A DNA stretch of 64,000 nucleotides from Candidatus Poribacteria bacterium (GCA_965198235.1 OZ240248.1:4384001-4448000), one strand, 5' to 3'; counted from the first letter of the stretch, positions 1 to 10,448 are shown. Notes: generated by a model from the sequence alone, not told the origin. Numbers and translations are program-made.

Positions 1-2165
1 GGACGCATAGGGAGTTGAATATCTTCGTTCTGTCTGGGGATGCGCATTACCCCATTCGCGAGATGGTGCACAGACTGAAGGACACTCATGTCTTTAACAC
101 GGGACAAAGGCCATCCTGCATCGCTTTGAATAATAGGCGCGGAGATCAGATGTCCAATGACTTCATCCCCTATTTGGAGTCGCTCGCCACCGCTAAGCGT
201 ATCATCATCCAACTGGCGAATATTTTTGAATCCGCGGAACTCTTTCGCGATTTCCAATGCCTCTAATTCTCCATGCGGACATCGCTTGAGGCAAACAAAC
301 GTACCGTGTTCTGTATTTTTGCGTTTACCTTTTTTCGCAACAACGAGACACTCTGCCATGCCGGTATCTGCCGAGAAAGCACATTCTTCAATATCTTCAT
401 GTGCGATAGTGATAACAAGGACATTGTGATATTCCTCTGCCCACATCCTTCGCACCTTTTGCCAGCTACTACCGGTAATTGCCGTGACAGGCAGGACGAA
501 AGCCATTGTGCCGTTGCGTTTCAGCATCCTATCTGCGAGATCAACAAAGTCGGGACCCTCTCCAGGGTTATTGCCTGAAAGCCGACGCCCTTGCGCCTTT
601 CGCGCTGCTCGCATTGCTGCGGCTTCCTTCTTGTCGGCGAAAATACTCTTGGGGACGTTTGAATTCCCATCAGCACCACTCCGCGTATAGGGTGGATTTT
701 GGACAACGATGTCGAATTCGCCATGTCTGAACGCATCGCGGAGGCTGGTAGTTTCTGGACCTTGCCCAGTGGCAGTCTCCGTTGCGCCGAGGTCCAACGG
801 GAGCGTCCCCGATGGATCGCTGAGTAGGTTGAGTGCTCCGATGGCGTAAAGTCCGTCAGCGCGCTGCGTGCCATAGGGCATTGTGTGGATACGTGTGCCA
901 CCGATACGAACGTCAGGATATGTGCTTGCAATGATGGAGGCTGTCAGGTGTACCGCGTTCGGTAGGATGTCACACCCGATGAGATTATTCTCCATCATGT
1001 ACTGATGGATGGCTTCTCCCTTACCACCTGTCTGCTCGTAGAGCATGAGAAGCCGTTGGTAAACGCCGTTGAGGAGTGAGCCGGTGCCACAGGCAAAATC
1101 TGCTATTTTCAGTTTCTTTGGATCCCCGTTGAATTCCGGTAATGCGAGTGCACAGAGGAGTGCCGAGGATTCGGGACGGGTATAGTTCGCCTTGAGGATT
1201 TTCCGATTGTCGATGAGCTTCTGGAACACGATGCCCGCGAGCTCATGTTCTTGTGCAAGTCCCATTTTCTCCAATTCGCGGGCGGTATCGCGTAGTACAC
1301 TCAAAATCTCACCAACGAGTTTATCATCAGCGGCGAGCGTCTCGACGAGATTGTAGGCGACGTTGAAAATCGGGGCATAGTTAACCTTTTGGATTTCCCG
1401 CCATGCGCGGAGGACCTCGTCTGAATCGAGTTGCCCGTAATCGGCGGTGAATTCGCTGAGCGACGGGACGGCTTCCAAATCTGGCTTGCGGGCAAGGGAA
1501 CTTTGGAACACCAACGCGTTGCTGATAATCAGCATTGCCATCTGTGTCGTCTGTTCGCCGGGTTCCTGAACGAGGAGCTCGCCTATCCTTTTGCCGATAT
1601 GTGGTCGGTGTTGAATTGCGTTGTTCACAATAACAGCAGCGCGATGGATGCCGTTTTCCAATACCTCGGCGGCTCGCTCAATTTTGGTGATAGGGGTTGC
1701 CCCAATGCGGATAGCGGTTGCGATGTCGGCGATGCTGCCTTCAAGCCATCCTTTTTTGGGAAATCTGTGCGGTTCATCAATGTTGAGGAGGGCATACGCG
1801 AAATCATTTGATGCCTCTAAATTCTCGCGGATTTCGTCGCGAGACATCGTGCGGAATCTGTATGGAAGGCGGATTGCTATTGCACTGGCAATTGTTTCGC
1901 CTGTCGTGCGGAGGGTTTTTCCCAAGTAATGTTCGCGTGCCTGCTTTTCACCGGTTTCATTGGCACCCCGCTTGTAGTCGATCTTTACCTCAACCGCCAT
2001 CGGATACCGTTCAACTGTCCGGATAATTACATCAGGTTTTCTTTGATTTTCGACGAGTGGTTTCGTTGTTTGCTCGTCAATGTTCCATGTGGCACTCATC
2101 GGCATCAGGATTTCGACGAATAGGGTGGTGATGGTGTCTTCGCTGTTAGTGTGTTGTCGGTTCAT
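1..2165 (-). CDS. Type IIG-like fused restriction endonuclease/N6-adenine DNA methyltransferase (3' end runs off the window)
   Basis: Not in the ORF track because it has no stop in the window. Manual translation from ATG 2165 gives MNRQHTNSEDT...KPDVII...AVEVK (PD-(D/E)XK), IADFACGTGSLL (motif I) and FDIVVQNPPYTR (motif IV, about 683-715), all in one frame. Confidence 0.85.
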   Translation of the reverse strand, partial: MNRQHTNSEDTITTLFVEILMPMSATWNIDEQTTKPLVENQRKPDVIIRTVERYPMAVEVKIDYKRGANETGEKQAREHYLGKTLRTTGETIASAIAIRLPYRFRTMSRDEIRENLEASNDFAYALLNIDEPHRFPKKGWLEGSIADIATAIRIGATPITKIERAAEVLENGIHRAAVIVNNAIQHRPHIGKRIGELLVQEPGEQTTQMAMLIISNALVFQSSLARKPDLEAVPSLSEFTADYGQLDSDEVLRAWREIQKVNYAPIFNVAYNLVETLAADDKLVGEILSVLRDTARELEKMGLAQEHELAGIVFQKLIDNRKILKANYTRPESSALLCALALPEFNGDPKKLKIADFACGTGSLLNGVYQRLLMLYEQTGGKGEAIHQYMMENNLIGCDILPNAVHLTASIIASTYPDVRIGGTRIHTMPYGTQRADGLYAIGALNLLSDPSGTLPLDLGATETATGQGPETTSLRDAFRHGEFDIVVQNPPYTRSGADGNSNVPKSIFADKKEAAAMRAARKAQGRRLSGNNPGEGPDFVDLADRMLKRNGTMAFVLPVTAITGSSWQKVRRMWAEEYHNVLVITIAHEDIEECAFSADTGMAECLVVAKKGKRKNTEHGTFVCLKRCPHGELEALEIAKEFRGFKNIRQLDDDTLSGGERLQIGDEVIGHLISAPIIQSDAGWPLSRVKDMSVLQSVHHLANGVMRIPRQNEDIQLPMR

Positions 2166-2262
2166 GCAATTTCCTTGGCTTCGGTTAGGACATCGATTCT
2201 GGTTTATTATCATTATAGCATGTTTAGTAAGCAGATGTCAATTGAATTGGTAGCGTCAATGA

Positions 2263-2338
2263 ACATGTCGCCCCGCTGGGGCTTTGAAGAGAGGGGATAA
2301 CGTTTTTCTACAGACATGTCGCCCCTACGGGGCTAAAG
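2263..2338. repeat. REP-like tandem palindromic unit (CATGTCGCCCC-GCT/TAC-GGGGCT)
   Basis: Two copies of a GCCCC-nnn-GGGGC hairpin; the same family occurs at 16088-16160, 34199-34304 and 50409-50485. Confidence 0.75.
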
Positions 2339-2565
2339 CGTGTGGAGGTGCGCGTTTCTATAAACATGCTGAAGAAATATCCAAGCAAAATCCCTATAAG
2401 GCTAAAGAGGAGAGGAATACATTTCTGATTAGTATTGTGATAGTCAAATATACAAAGCAAAGACAAGACAAGTTCGGAAACCTCACCAGCGGCGGTGAGA
2501 TATCGTATCCTATTGTGTTCACATATTTTTCGGTTTACTATAACACTTGCATGCCGTAATTGAAT

Positions 2566-3821
2566 TCAAGCGGAAGGGGTTTCTTGTATTACAGGAATGA
2601 CATAACTCCGAATCTGCACACCATCCACGACTTCCGTCTGGATGTGCTGTTCTGGATTCCTGCGATGATCGAAGACGACGTAGTACCCCTCGCTGACCTC
2701 TTCCGTTTTGAGATAAGCAGCGAGTTGTTTCGTTCCAATCCGTTCACGGTTGGTGTGAACGCCTCCATGATACAATGCAGATAAATCGGGTTGATAATTT
2801 CACACGTTCCATCTATCCCTTTGACAATAACCCCATAAGTGGCAAGTTCGTTGATGAGCGGATCGCGTGGATTGAAGCGTACCCCTTCCTCATACGACAT
2901 GATGTCCATGAGGAGGGTTTCAAAGCGGCGATCCCTGCGGATATTTGTCACGAGGTGCGTCAGGTTGGTATTATCTTCGCCAAGCAGTTGTTCGTATGCT
3001 TTTGCAAAGTGCGCCATCGTAATTGTCTCAATTTTGGGAAGGTCCAGTTCCTCGGTGAGAATTTGCGCGGTGCGGTTGACAAGAAAGGGTTGCCCGGCGG
3101 TCTGTTTGTGTATAGACTTCACGACTTCCGGGACGAAGGCTTGTCCAACTTCTTCCGTATACTGTCCAAAGAGTTCGCTTACCTGCTTAAGTGTGAAATT
3201 GGGCAAGTGAAGCTCATCTTGGATGTTAAAGGGCGAGATGGATCGGTCATAGTCAAGCTGCGTTATGCTTTTGACCCCGACGATACCGACACTGTGCGGG
3301 CATAGCAACATATCAGACAGGTAGATATGGCGAAGTGCATACAGAAAATCGCTCACAAGGGCTTGCGGAATGCCATCAAACTCATCAATGAGGAGGACGA
3401 CCCGTTGAGCCCCAAGTAAATTCCCAAGTCGTTCAAAGAACGTTACCATTGAAAAAGCATCCGTCAGCTGTGTGCTCTCTAAAAATTGCGCTAACGCCGT
3501 AGAAGGAACCTCGCCGCGTTCTTGGAAAACAAACTGGATCTGCCAACACATCATTTGGTAAAGCCTTGCGTAAAAAGTGGCAGCAGAAGTGTTACGCTGT
3601 ATTTGAAAATCCAGTTGAATCGGAAAGTAGGTTGGATCTTCGGCTGTGAGCATAGCGAGTGCCCATCGAAAGAAGGTCGTCTTTCCAGTTTGGCGCGGCG
3701 CGAAAAGAACGATGTACCGTCCCTCTTTGATGCGGTTGATGAAATCTTTAACCTCTGCTGTGCGTGCGACAACATAGTGCTGGTCGGGTTGCACAGTGCC
3801 TCGGGTTCCAAATGTTCTCAT
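2566..3821 (-). pseudogene. AAA-like ATPase (Walker A APRQTGKT, Walker B LLIDEFD) with a frameshifted, probably internally deleted C-terminus
   Basis: The 410-aa ORF turns non-protein-like after NGLE (about 2732). The C-terminus KQLAAYLK..EGYYVVFDHR lies in another frame (2566-2730). Confidence 0.7.
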
Positions 3822-3958
3822 CTCTTTTTCCTTCCGGTTAAAGTGCTTGCCTGTTCATTGTCAGAATTTAAGTCCATAAGCACTCGACGGACGAAAAGCA
3901 TGTGTGGTTTTTCCAAAGAGCTCCCTACTTTTGCGCAAGTCTTAATTGATTGTGTCAT
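3818..3958 (-). CDS. Small hypothetical ORF (46 aa) translationally coupled to the AAA ATPase
   Basis: GGGGAG upstream of ATG 3958; its TGA overlaps the ATPase ATG (ATGA). Confidence 0.3.
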   Translation of the reverse strand: MTQSIKTCAKVGSSLEKPHMLFVRRVLMDLNSDNEQASTLTGRKKR

Positions 3959-3980
3959 ATCTCCCCGAAATTATCCATAG

Positions 3981-4811
3981 TTACCACATCACCGTGCCAC
4001 CGGTGTTGATGTCTTGTCCCGTCATGTTCGCCGAGTCCTCTGACGCGAGGAAAACGGCTAACGCAGCAGCATCCTCAGATCCGGAGCCTTTATCGCTGTA
4101 GCCCTCATCCGAACACCACCTTCCGGCGATAACGCTTTTGGGGTTCGTCCGTCCGTAGCGTTCCCGTAATGCGTCTTCATCGAAGTCTTTGTTCATGTAT
4201 TCCGCTCTACCCCGTGCGAGCTCAAGACTTCTCTCCATGTGCCCACCCGGACAGATGGCGTTGACGTTGATATTGTAACGCCCGACATCTGCAGCGAGTG
4301 TGCGCGTGAAGCCGATGACCCCCATCTTCGAGGTCGCATAAGGTGCTCTGTGCGAAAGTGGCTGTTTACCCGTTCCGGAACTGAAGTTTATAATTTTTCC
4401 GTATTTCTTGCGAATCATCTCCGGTAAGACGGCTTTAGAACAGATAAACAACGAATCGAGGTTGACCTCAAGTGTGCGTCTCCATTCTTCCAAAGTCATG
4501 TCCCAGACATCCTTCGTGGGTCCCGCAATGCCGACGACGTTGGCGAGTATATCAACGGTGCCGAATTGTTCGATGGTCGCCGCGACCATCTCATCGACGG
4601 GTGCCTCTCGTGAAACATCGGTCTCAAAACAGATCACGTCTCCACCAGCGGCTCTAATTTCCGAACCCACCTTTGCTTCTAATTCTTCCACCGGGAGAAC
4701 ATCACAAATAGAGAGCGCGGCTCCCTCTTTGGCGAAACGTCTTGCGACTGCCTCGGCATGCCCTCTACCGGCACCCGTTACGATTGCGACTTTACCTTCT
4801 AATCTTCCCAT
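3981..4811 (-). CDS. SDR family oxidoreductase
   Basis: TGAGRGHA cofactor motif and YATSK catalytic motif. Confidence 0.9.
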   Translation of the reverse strand: MGRLEGKVAIVTGAGRGHAEAVARRFAKEGAALSICDVLPVEELEAKVGSEIRAAGGDVICFETDVSREAPVDEMVAATIEQFGTVDILANVVGIAGPTKDVWDMTLEEWRRTLEVNLDSLFICSKAVLPEMIRKKYGKIINFSSGTGKQPLSHRAPYATSKMGVIGFTRTLAADVGRYNINVNAICPGGHMERSLELARGRAEYMNKDFDEDALRERYGRTNPKSVIAGRWCSDEGYSDKGSGSEDAAALAVFLASEDSANMTGQDINTGGTVMW

Positions 4812-4843
4812 GAAAAATCTTCCCTTTCCGAATGAAAATAGAT

Positions 4844-4967
4844 TAGGACTTACGCAATGCGCAATGAATTGCGCTACTACGAACCATATCTCTTTTCAGA
4901 AAAAACGCCCTGGCAAGGTCCATCTGTTGGTAGTGAGGCGATTTATCGCCTCTGTGCGTAAGTCCTG
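4844..4967. mobile_element. MITE, TIR TAGGACTTACGCA/TGCGTAAGTCCTG, 5-bp TSD TAGAT
   Basis: TIRs and flanking direct repeat are visible; a second copy lies at 55883-55975. Confidence 0.8.
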
Positions 4968-5031
4968 TAGATGTAGTGGGTTAAGATCATAGCAGAAGAA
5001 GTTGTGGGTGTCAATCGAAATTAGATTGGGA

Positions 5032-5141
5032 GTCGCGACCAGGAGATCGCTCCTACAAGAATAGCGATTAGCGGTCAGTGGTCAGAAGAATAGCAGTCAG
5101 CAATCAGCAGTCAGCAGTCGGGATTCGGAGATCCCTCCTAC
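5032..5141. repeat. REP-like hairpins ending CTCCTACA plus heptamer (TCAGCAG/TCAGCGG) repeats
   Basis: gtcgcgaccaggagatcgctcctaca and ggagatccctcctaca; similar arrangement at 26765-26845. Confidence 0.65.
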
Positions 5142-5152
5142 AGAAGAGGAAA

Positions 5153-5181
5153 TTGACAAATTTTGGTGCGTGGTATACACT
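5153..5181 (+). promoter_or_regulatory. Sigma-70 promoter of coaE (probably leaderless)
   Basis: TTGACA-17 bp-TACACT, ending 7 nt before ATG 5189. Confidence 0.65.
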
Positions 5182-5188
5182 CAATAGT

Positions 5189-5839
5189 ATGGAAACAGCA
5201 ACAACACACCGCACACGCGGCACCATCGTCGGGATTACAGGCGGGATTGCTTGCGGAAAGACGACCGTCTCGGATCTGCTTGCAGAAAAAGGCGCGATTC
5301 CGATTAATGCCGACGAAATCGGACACCAACTTCTCAAGGCAAACAGCCCTGTCATTGACGAACTCATTGCTGCGTTTGGACAGGACATTCTCGAAGAATC
5401 TGGGGATGTCAGCAGGAAAAAATTGGGGGCAATTGTTTTCAACGACAAAACCGCTCGGGAACAATTGAACAGCATCCTGCATCCGTTGATTATCGAACGC
5501 TCACGGGGACACGCACGTCAACTCGTCATGGAAGACCCGACGTGCATCGTGCTACTCGACGCGCCGCTTCTCATCGAAGCGGGTGCTTATGACACCGTTG
5601 ATCTGATTGTTGTCGTGACGGCACCATCGGAAACGCAGTTGCGACGCACACTGGAACGCAGCGTAGCGCAGGGAAGACCGCTTACCGAAACCGAGGTCCG
5701 ATCGCGGATTGATGCACAGATGCCGGTTACGGAGAAAGTTAAGTATGCGGATGTTGTCATAGAAAACGACGGGACGCTTGAAGCACTTCACAAACAGGTG
5801 GATGAACTTTGGGAGAAACTTCAGAAGCGTGATGAGTAA
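5189..5839 (+). CDS. coaE: Dephospho-CoA kinase
   Basis: GITGGIACGKT P-loop, LNSILHP, DAPLLIE; start moved to ATG 5189 because the upstream part of the ORF is repeat DNA. Confidence 0.95.
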   Translation: METATTHRTRGTIVGITGGIACGKTTVSDLLAEKGAIPINADEIGHQLLKANSPVIDELIAAFGQDILEESGDVSRKKLGAIVFNDKTAREQLNSILHPLIIERSRGHARQLVMEDPTCIVLLDAPLLIEAGAYDTVDLIVVVTAPSETQLRRTLERSVAQGRPLTETEVRSRIDAQMPVTEKVKYADVVIENDGTLEALHKQVDELWEKLQKRDE

Positions 5840-5862
5840 AGAGTCGCGATACAGACATCATC

Positions 5863-6022
5863 GTAGGTTGGGTTGAACGGGGACCCGTAAAGCCTTACAA
5901 ATCAAAGAAAGATGAAGTTTTTCCCATACCATTACACATCGAAAGACCCCAGTGAAACCCAACTCCCCTCCGCAGATTTCGCACTATGAAGTTGGGTTTC
6001 ACGGACGTTCAACCCAACCTAC
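5863..6022. repeat. GTAG-type REP doublet (REPIN-like)
   Basis: GTAGGTTGGGTTGAACG...CGTTCAACCCAACCTAC inverted ends with inner GAAACCCAAC/GTTGGGTTTC; same family at 49963-50206. Confidence 0.8.
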
Positions 6023-6065
6023 AAATACTTTTTAATCCTGTGAATCCTGATTCAGACAAAAGCAT

Positions 6066-7148
6066 CTAATCCCAGAGAAGATTGATGGCACTCGCTTTGA
6101 TGACACAGTAAACCTCTAATCCTTCTCTCAATTGCAGCTGCTCTCGCGCTTCGTGGGTGATTTTCACCGCAAGGTGATGCCATTCAACGAGAATAGATAC
6201 CCATGTGCGTTCGCTCTTGACATCAAGATACTGAATTTTTCCGGGTAATATATTGCGTGCACTCACCGAGAGATCCGGTTCAAGCGAGATAATAATATCC
6301 TCAGCACGGATAGCGACCGGAACTACCTCGCCGACTTCAATATCGGTATAAGGTATAACAAGAGATTGGCTCCCCATTTCCAGCGAAGTCAAACCGCGTG
6401 CTTTGTCTGAAACCGTCACAGGAAGGAATAGTATGTTTTCGACACCGGTCAATTGCGCGATAGGCATCGCGGAAGGAGCAGTTAACAACCGGTGGGGTTC
6501 ACCGCTCGCCATAATTTCGCCATCAGCGAGCAGGAAGGCTTCGTCAGCCAGTGCCATCGCCTCGGAAAAGGCGTGGGTAATATAAAGGATTGGTATTTCA
6601 AAGACTTCTTTAACGTGGTGCAGATACGGTATAATTCGATCTTTTAGGGCACTATCAAGTGCAGCAAGTGGCTCATCCATCAGGAGCATCCGTGGCTCCA
6701 TCGCGATTGCCCGCGCGATCGCAACCCGTTGACGTTGACCACCAGAGAGTTCTTTCGGATACCGCTGGAGCAGTTCGGAAATTTCAAGAACATCTATCGC
6801 ATCTGAAGATTTACGTGGATTCGGTTGTCCATATCGGATGTTCTGTGCAACCGTGAGATGCGGAAAAAGGTATCCCTCCTGAAAAACATAGCCGAACCTC
6901 CGCTTTTCAGGGGGCAGATTAATGCCAGAGGTAGACGCGTAAAGGACCTCGTCTCCAAAAGCGATCTCACCTTCATCAGGCGTCAGCGTGCCACTGATGC
7001 AATTGAGAAGCGTGCTTTTACCACTTCCAGACACGCCTAAAAATGCCGAAACTTTTGTTTCCAGCGTGCAATTGACTTCTAAAGTGAAACTCCCAAGGCG
7101 TTTGCGAAAATCGAGTCTGATTTTAGTACTACCTGTAATTTCGACCAC
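6066..7148 (-). CDS. modC: Molybdate ABC transporter ATP-binding protein
   Basis: GVSGSGKS, LSGGQRQR, C-terminal TOBE/Mop (SARNIL); start approximate (GTG 7148). Confidence 0.92.
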   Translation of the reverse strand: MVEITGSTKIRLDFRKRLGSFTLEVNCTLETKVSAFLGVSGSGKSTLLNCISGTLTPDEGEIAFGDEVLYASTSGINLPPEKRRFGYVFQEGYLFPHLTVAQNIRYGQPNPRKSSDAIDVLEISELLQRYPKELSGGQRQRVAIARAIAMEPRMLLMDEPLAALDSALKDRIIPYLHHVKEVFEIPILYITHAFSEAMALADEAFLLADGEIMASGEPHRLLTAPSAMPIAQLTGVENILFLPVTVSDKARGLTSLEMGSQSLVIPYTDIEVGEVVPVAIRAEDIIISLEPDLSVSARNILPGKIQYLDVKSERTWVSILVEWHHLAVKITHEAREQLQLREGLEVYCVIKASAINLLWD

Positions 7149-7165
7149 CTCTACAAAAAATGCGC

Positions 7166-7831
7166 CTACCGGAGCGTAAAACGTTCCGTTAGCCAGAGTG
7201 CTATGAAAGCAACAAGGGTTGAAATAAACACTAATCGATAGACAGAGGCATCTTCTCCGAGATGTACAGCACTGAAAATCGCTAACGCCATCGTTTGAGT
7301 TTTGCCGGGAATGTTTCCTGCCACCATGATAGTGGCACCAAACTCGCCAAGACTTTTGGAGAAACCGAGGATCGTTCCACCGATAACTCCGCGATATGCA
7401 AGCGGGAGGGTTATCGTCCAAAACACCTTGATCGGTGAGGCACCAAGCGTGCGCGCTGCATTCTCAAGCTCCAGCGGTACGGACTCCATCCCTGTTACGA
7501 TACCACGCACTAACAGTGGAAATGAGATAATTGAGACTGCAATAATAACAGCTAACTGGGAAAAAACGATCTCTATACCGAAAGTTTGATAGATAAAACT
7601 ACCAATGACCCCGTGTTTGCCCAATAGGATCAGGAGTAAATATCCACTTACTATAGGCGGTAGCACCAGTGGACACATCACAAGCGTATTCAGGAACGTC
7701 TTTCCCGGAAATGTACGTTTTGCAAGTAGCCAACCGACCAATAGCCCTGGTGGGAACATTATAACAAGACTGAGCAATGCAACTTTTATAGATAAAGAGA
7801 GGGCGGCAACTTCGGCGGGGGTAATCCTCAT
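7166..7831 (-). CDS. modB: Molybdate ABC transporter permease
   Basis: PLVLPP, LGEFGATIMVAGNIPGKTQT. Confidence 0.95.
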   Translation of the reverse strand: MRITPAEVAALSLSIKVALLSLVIMFPPGLLVGWLLAKRTFPGKTFLNTLVMCPLVLPPIVSGYLLLILLGKHGVIGSFIYQTFGIEIVFSQLAVIIAVSIISFPLLVRGIVTGMESVPLELENAARTLGASPIKVFWTITLPLAYRGVIGGTILGFSKSLGEFGATIMVAGNIPGKTQTMALAIFSAVHLGEDASVYRLVFISTLVAFIALWLTERFTLR

Positions 7832-8616
7832 TTTAGTACCAGAAAGGTAAATCCGTGCTTTTCAAAAATTTTACCGCTCTCCATAGAATGAAGATACGTA
7901 ATAAATCTACGCGCCAATTGCTTTCGCTGGCTCTCCTTCATAACGACAGCCGGATAGATGATCGGTGTATATGCTTCAGGCGGTAACTGATAAAGTACTT
8001 TTACGTATCGGGTTAGCGTTGTATCAGTTTTATACACAATCGCTACATCCGCATTTCCGGCGGTTACATACGCAAGCGTGGCACGTACATCCGTACCGAA
8101 GACGAATTTCGGATGTAGCGTCTCCCATAATCCAAAGTGAGTCAAGGCTTCTTTCGCATAAGTGCCAGCAGGTACTATATTTGGATGCCCAATAGCGATT
8201 CTCGAAATCTCAGGCACAGCAAGGTCAGCAAGCGTTTCCACAGAAATCCCAGCGGCTTCATCAGAGACAAGCACCAACCGATTGGTTAACAAATCTTGAC
8301 GACTTTCGGTTTCAAGCAGCCCATTCGTTTCCAAGGCAACAACTTGTCGCGGGCTCGCAGAGATGAAAACATCCGCTGTCGCTCCCTTTTCGAGTTGGCG
8401 TTGTAACGTCGTAGACGCGGCGAAATTGTAATAGACTTTAACCTGATTTTCGGCTGTAAACGCTGTCCCAATTTCAGTGAGCGCATCTGTCAAACTGATT
8501 GCAGCGAACACGTCCAACTCCGTCTGTTTCTGCCCCTCCTTTGTGCATCCTGGAAGCACCATAAACAGCACGAGCAAGCCGATCACGACACAAAATCTGA
8601 TGACTCCGACCATCAT
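7828..8616 (-). CDS. modA: Molybdate ABC transporter substrate-binding lipoprotein
   Basis: LPGC lipobox, AAISLTDA, ADVFISAS, VPAGTYA. Confidence 0.95.
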   Translation of the reverse strand: MMVGVIRFCVVIGLLVLFMVLPGCTKEGQKQTELDVFAAISLTDALTEIGTAFTAENQVKVYYNFAASTTLQRQLEKGATADVFISASPRQVVALETNGLLETESRQDLLTNRLVLVSDEAAGISVETLADLAVPEISRIAIGHPNIVPAGTYAKEALTHFGLWETLHPKFVFGTDVRATLAYVTAGNADVAIVYKTDTTLTRYVKVLYQLPPEAYTPIIYPAVVMKESQRKQLARRFITYLHSMESGKIFEKHGFTFLVLK

Positions 8617-8651
8617 TCTCCTTTACACACCCGTCAATCCACAAAAAACTC

Positions 8652-8686
8652 TTGACAAGGATAACACTTTTGCTAAACTATGTCAA
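8652..8686. promoter_or_regulatory. Overlapping divergent sigma-70 promoters
   Basis: Minus strand TTGACA-17-TATCCT (modA); plus strand TTGACA-16-TAAACT. Confidence 0.55.
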
Positions 8687-8920
8687 GTACCCTGAAACTA
8701 TTATCAGAAGTCGTCAGTTTTCAGTTATCAGTCGTCAGAATCAGGATTTACAGGCTTCTTCGATCTTTTCAGGAGAATAAATCGGGCTTACAAGGTTTCC
8801 CTCCCACAAAAGTGCTTCGCGAGAATTGAGTGCCTCTGTGACTATAGCGAACTTTTCTTGCAATCCGTTTAAACCTGTGGTATCCTAATTTGTACAGAAA
8901 TAGGTAATAGGGGAAAAACT

Positions 8921-9727
8921 ATGAAATTAGGTTTATGCACCATCGCCTTTCAGGAAAAACCGTTGGAAGAGGTCATTGATATAGCCGCGGATTATGGCTT
9001 TGATGGCATCGAAATTTGGGGAAAGCCACCGCATCTGCCAGCGGACTACGACGAAAATTACGTCAAAAACGTTAAGGACATGGCGCACCGGAAGGGATTA
9101 GCGATTTCAGCGTTCGGTTCATACGTGGACCCGCTGATGGATCTACACCAGAAGCATTTCGAGGAAGCCTTCAAAATCGCACATGAATTAGGCACAGATC
9201 TCGTCAGAATTTGGTCCGGTGGTGGTCCTTCTAAATCAATCGCTCCGTCGGATAAACGCCTGATTCTCTTTCGATTGGTGAGCCTTGCGCAGTGGGCAAA
9301 TTTCCGAAGTATTCGACTCGGACTGGAAATGCACAATAACCATCTCACCGACAGTGTCGCCAGTATCTTGGAAACGATTGAAGGTGTGAGAGTGCCTGCA
9401 CTGCGAACTTACTATCAACCCCTCGCACGTTCGGATGCCGACGAACCACACACAGCCGCTGAAAAACTCGCTGAACACATCGCAAACGTCCACGCTCAAA
9501 ATTTTGACGAAAACGGAAAAGGATGTCCTATCGCAGACGGCGTGGTAGATTACACCCGAATCGTTGAAACGCTAAGCGCAGCGGGATATAATGGATACTT
9601 AGAGATAGAGTTCGTCCATGGTGAAAACAAATTGGAGGCACTTCAACGCGACCGCGACTACCTTGCGAGTTTAATTAATGCCACAAATGGGGAGACACTG
9701 AAGGATCTCGACATCGCACCCGTCTAA
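8921..9727 (+). CDS. Sugar phosphate isomerase/epimerase (xylose isomerase-like TIM barrel)
   Basis: GFDGIEIW, LEMH, GYNGYLEIEF. Confidence 0.85.
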   Translation: MKLGLCTIAFQEKPLEEVIDIAADYGFDGIEIWGKPPHLPADYDENYVKNVKDMAHRKGLAISAFGSYVDPLMDLHQKHFEEAFKIAHELGTDLVRIWSGGGPSKSIAPSDKRLILFRLVSLAQWANFRSIRLGLEMHNNHLTDSVASILETIEGVRVPALRTYYQPLARSDADEPHTAAEKLAEHIANVHAQNFDENGKGCPIADGVVDYTRIVETLSAAGYNGYLEIEFVHGENKLEALQRDRDYLASLINATNGETLKDLDIAPV

Positions 9728-9795
9728 AATTACATAAATTGTTCTCAACGAAGGTCTGTCGGTCTTCAATACACAGAAAAACTTTGGGGATCTTC

Positions 9796-10398
9796 ATGCG
9801 GTTAGAGGTTGGTATCATCGCACTGGTAGAAGAGGTCTTCGGAATAACCGCAGAACGTCGCACCCACTTTGACTGGCTGCGTAATAAACCACGACCCGAA
9901 GACTTCGGTGAGCATTACGATGTCGTGATGGCACTCTATGCTGAATTAGAAGGCGACTGGCAAAGCACAATAGCGAAAACTGACGGTTATCTGATCCCCG
10001 ATGCCTATTTTCCGGAACCGTATCACTTTATTTTTGAATTTGACGAACTTCAACATTTTACACAATATCGAGAGCAGACCTTCCGGTTTTACCCAGCGAA
10101 CATTCCGCTCGCTTATGAACCACAGAAATACTGTCAGTTTTGTCGACAACACCACGTGGCAGCACTCGCAAAAGGACCGGATCGGTTTCGACGGCACACA
10201 GCGGACTTTCCATATCCGAATGGTCGCGCCGCGCAACGCGCTTTCTTCGATACGTTTCGGGACTGGCTACCCCCGCTGCACGGTCTCAATCCAACCGTGA
10301 GGTTAGCCGAATTTGAAGTGATCACCTATTCTCAATGGACAATTAACAGGAAATGCCGCGAAGGCTTATATGGAAGGCTTATTGTGCGAACGACTTAA
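9796..10398 (+). CDS. Hypothetical protein with a Vsr/DUF559-like nuclease motif; possible C-terminal frameshift
   Basis: PDAYF...IFEFDELQHF; a better-looking C-terminus lies in the +1 frame after 10321. Confidence 0.55.
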   Translation: MRLEVGIIALVEEVFGITAERRTHFDWLRNKPRPEDFGEHYDVVMALYAELEGDWQSTIAKTDGYLIPDAYFPEPYHFIFEFDELQHFTQYREQTFRFYPANIPLAYEPQKYCQFCRQHHVAALAKGPDRFRRHTADFPYPNGRAAQRAFFDTFRDWLPPLHGLNPTVRLAEFEVITYSQWTINRKCREGLYGRLIVRTT

Positions 10399-10448
10399 AA
10401 TAGCTTCAACCGCCACAAAAAACAAAAAGGTAGGATAAACAGCACTAC

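Noticed and set aside
5078-5188. N-terminal extension of CoaE in the ORF track
   Set aside because: It consists of heptamer/REP repeats and the promoter; the real start is ATG 5189.
7149-7421. N-terminal extension of ModC
   Set aside because: It overlaps modB in another frame and is not protein-like.
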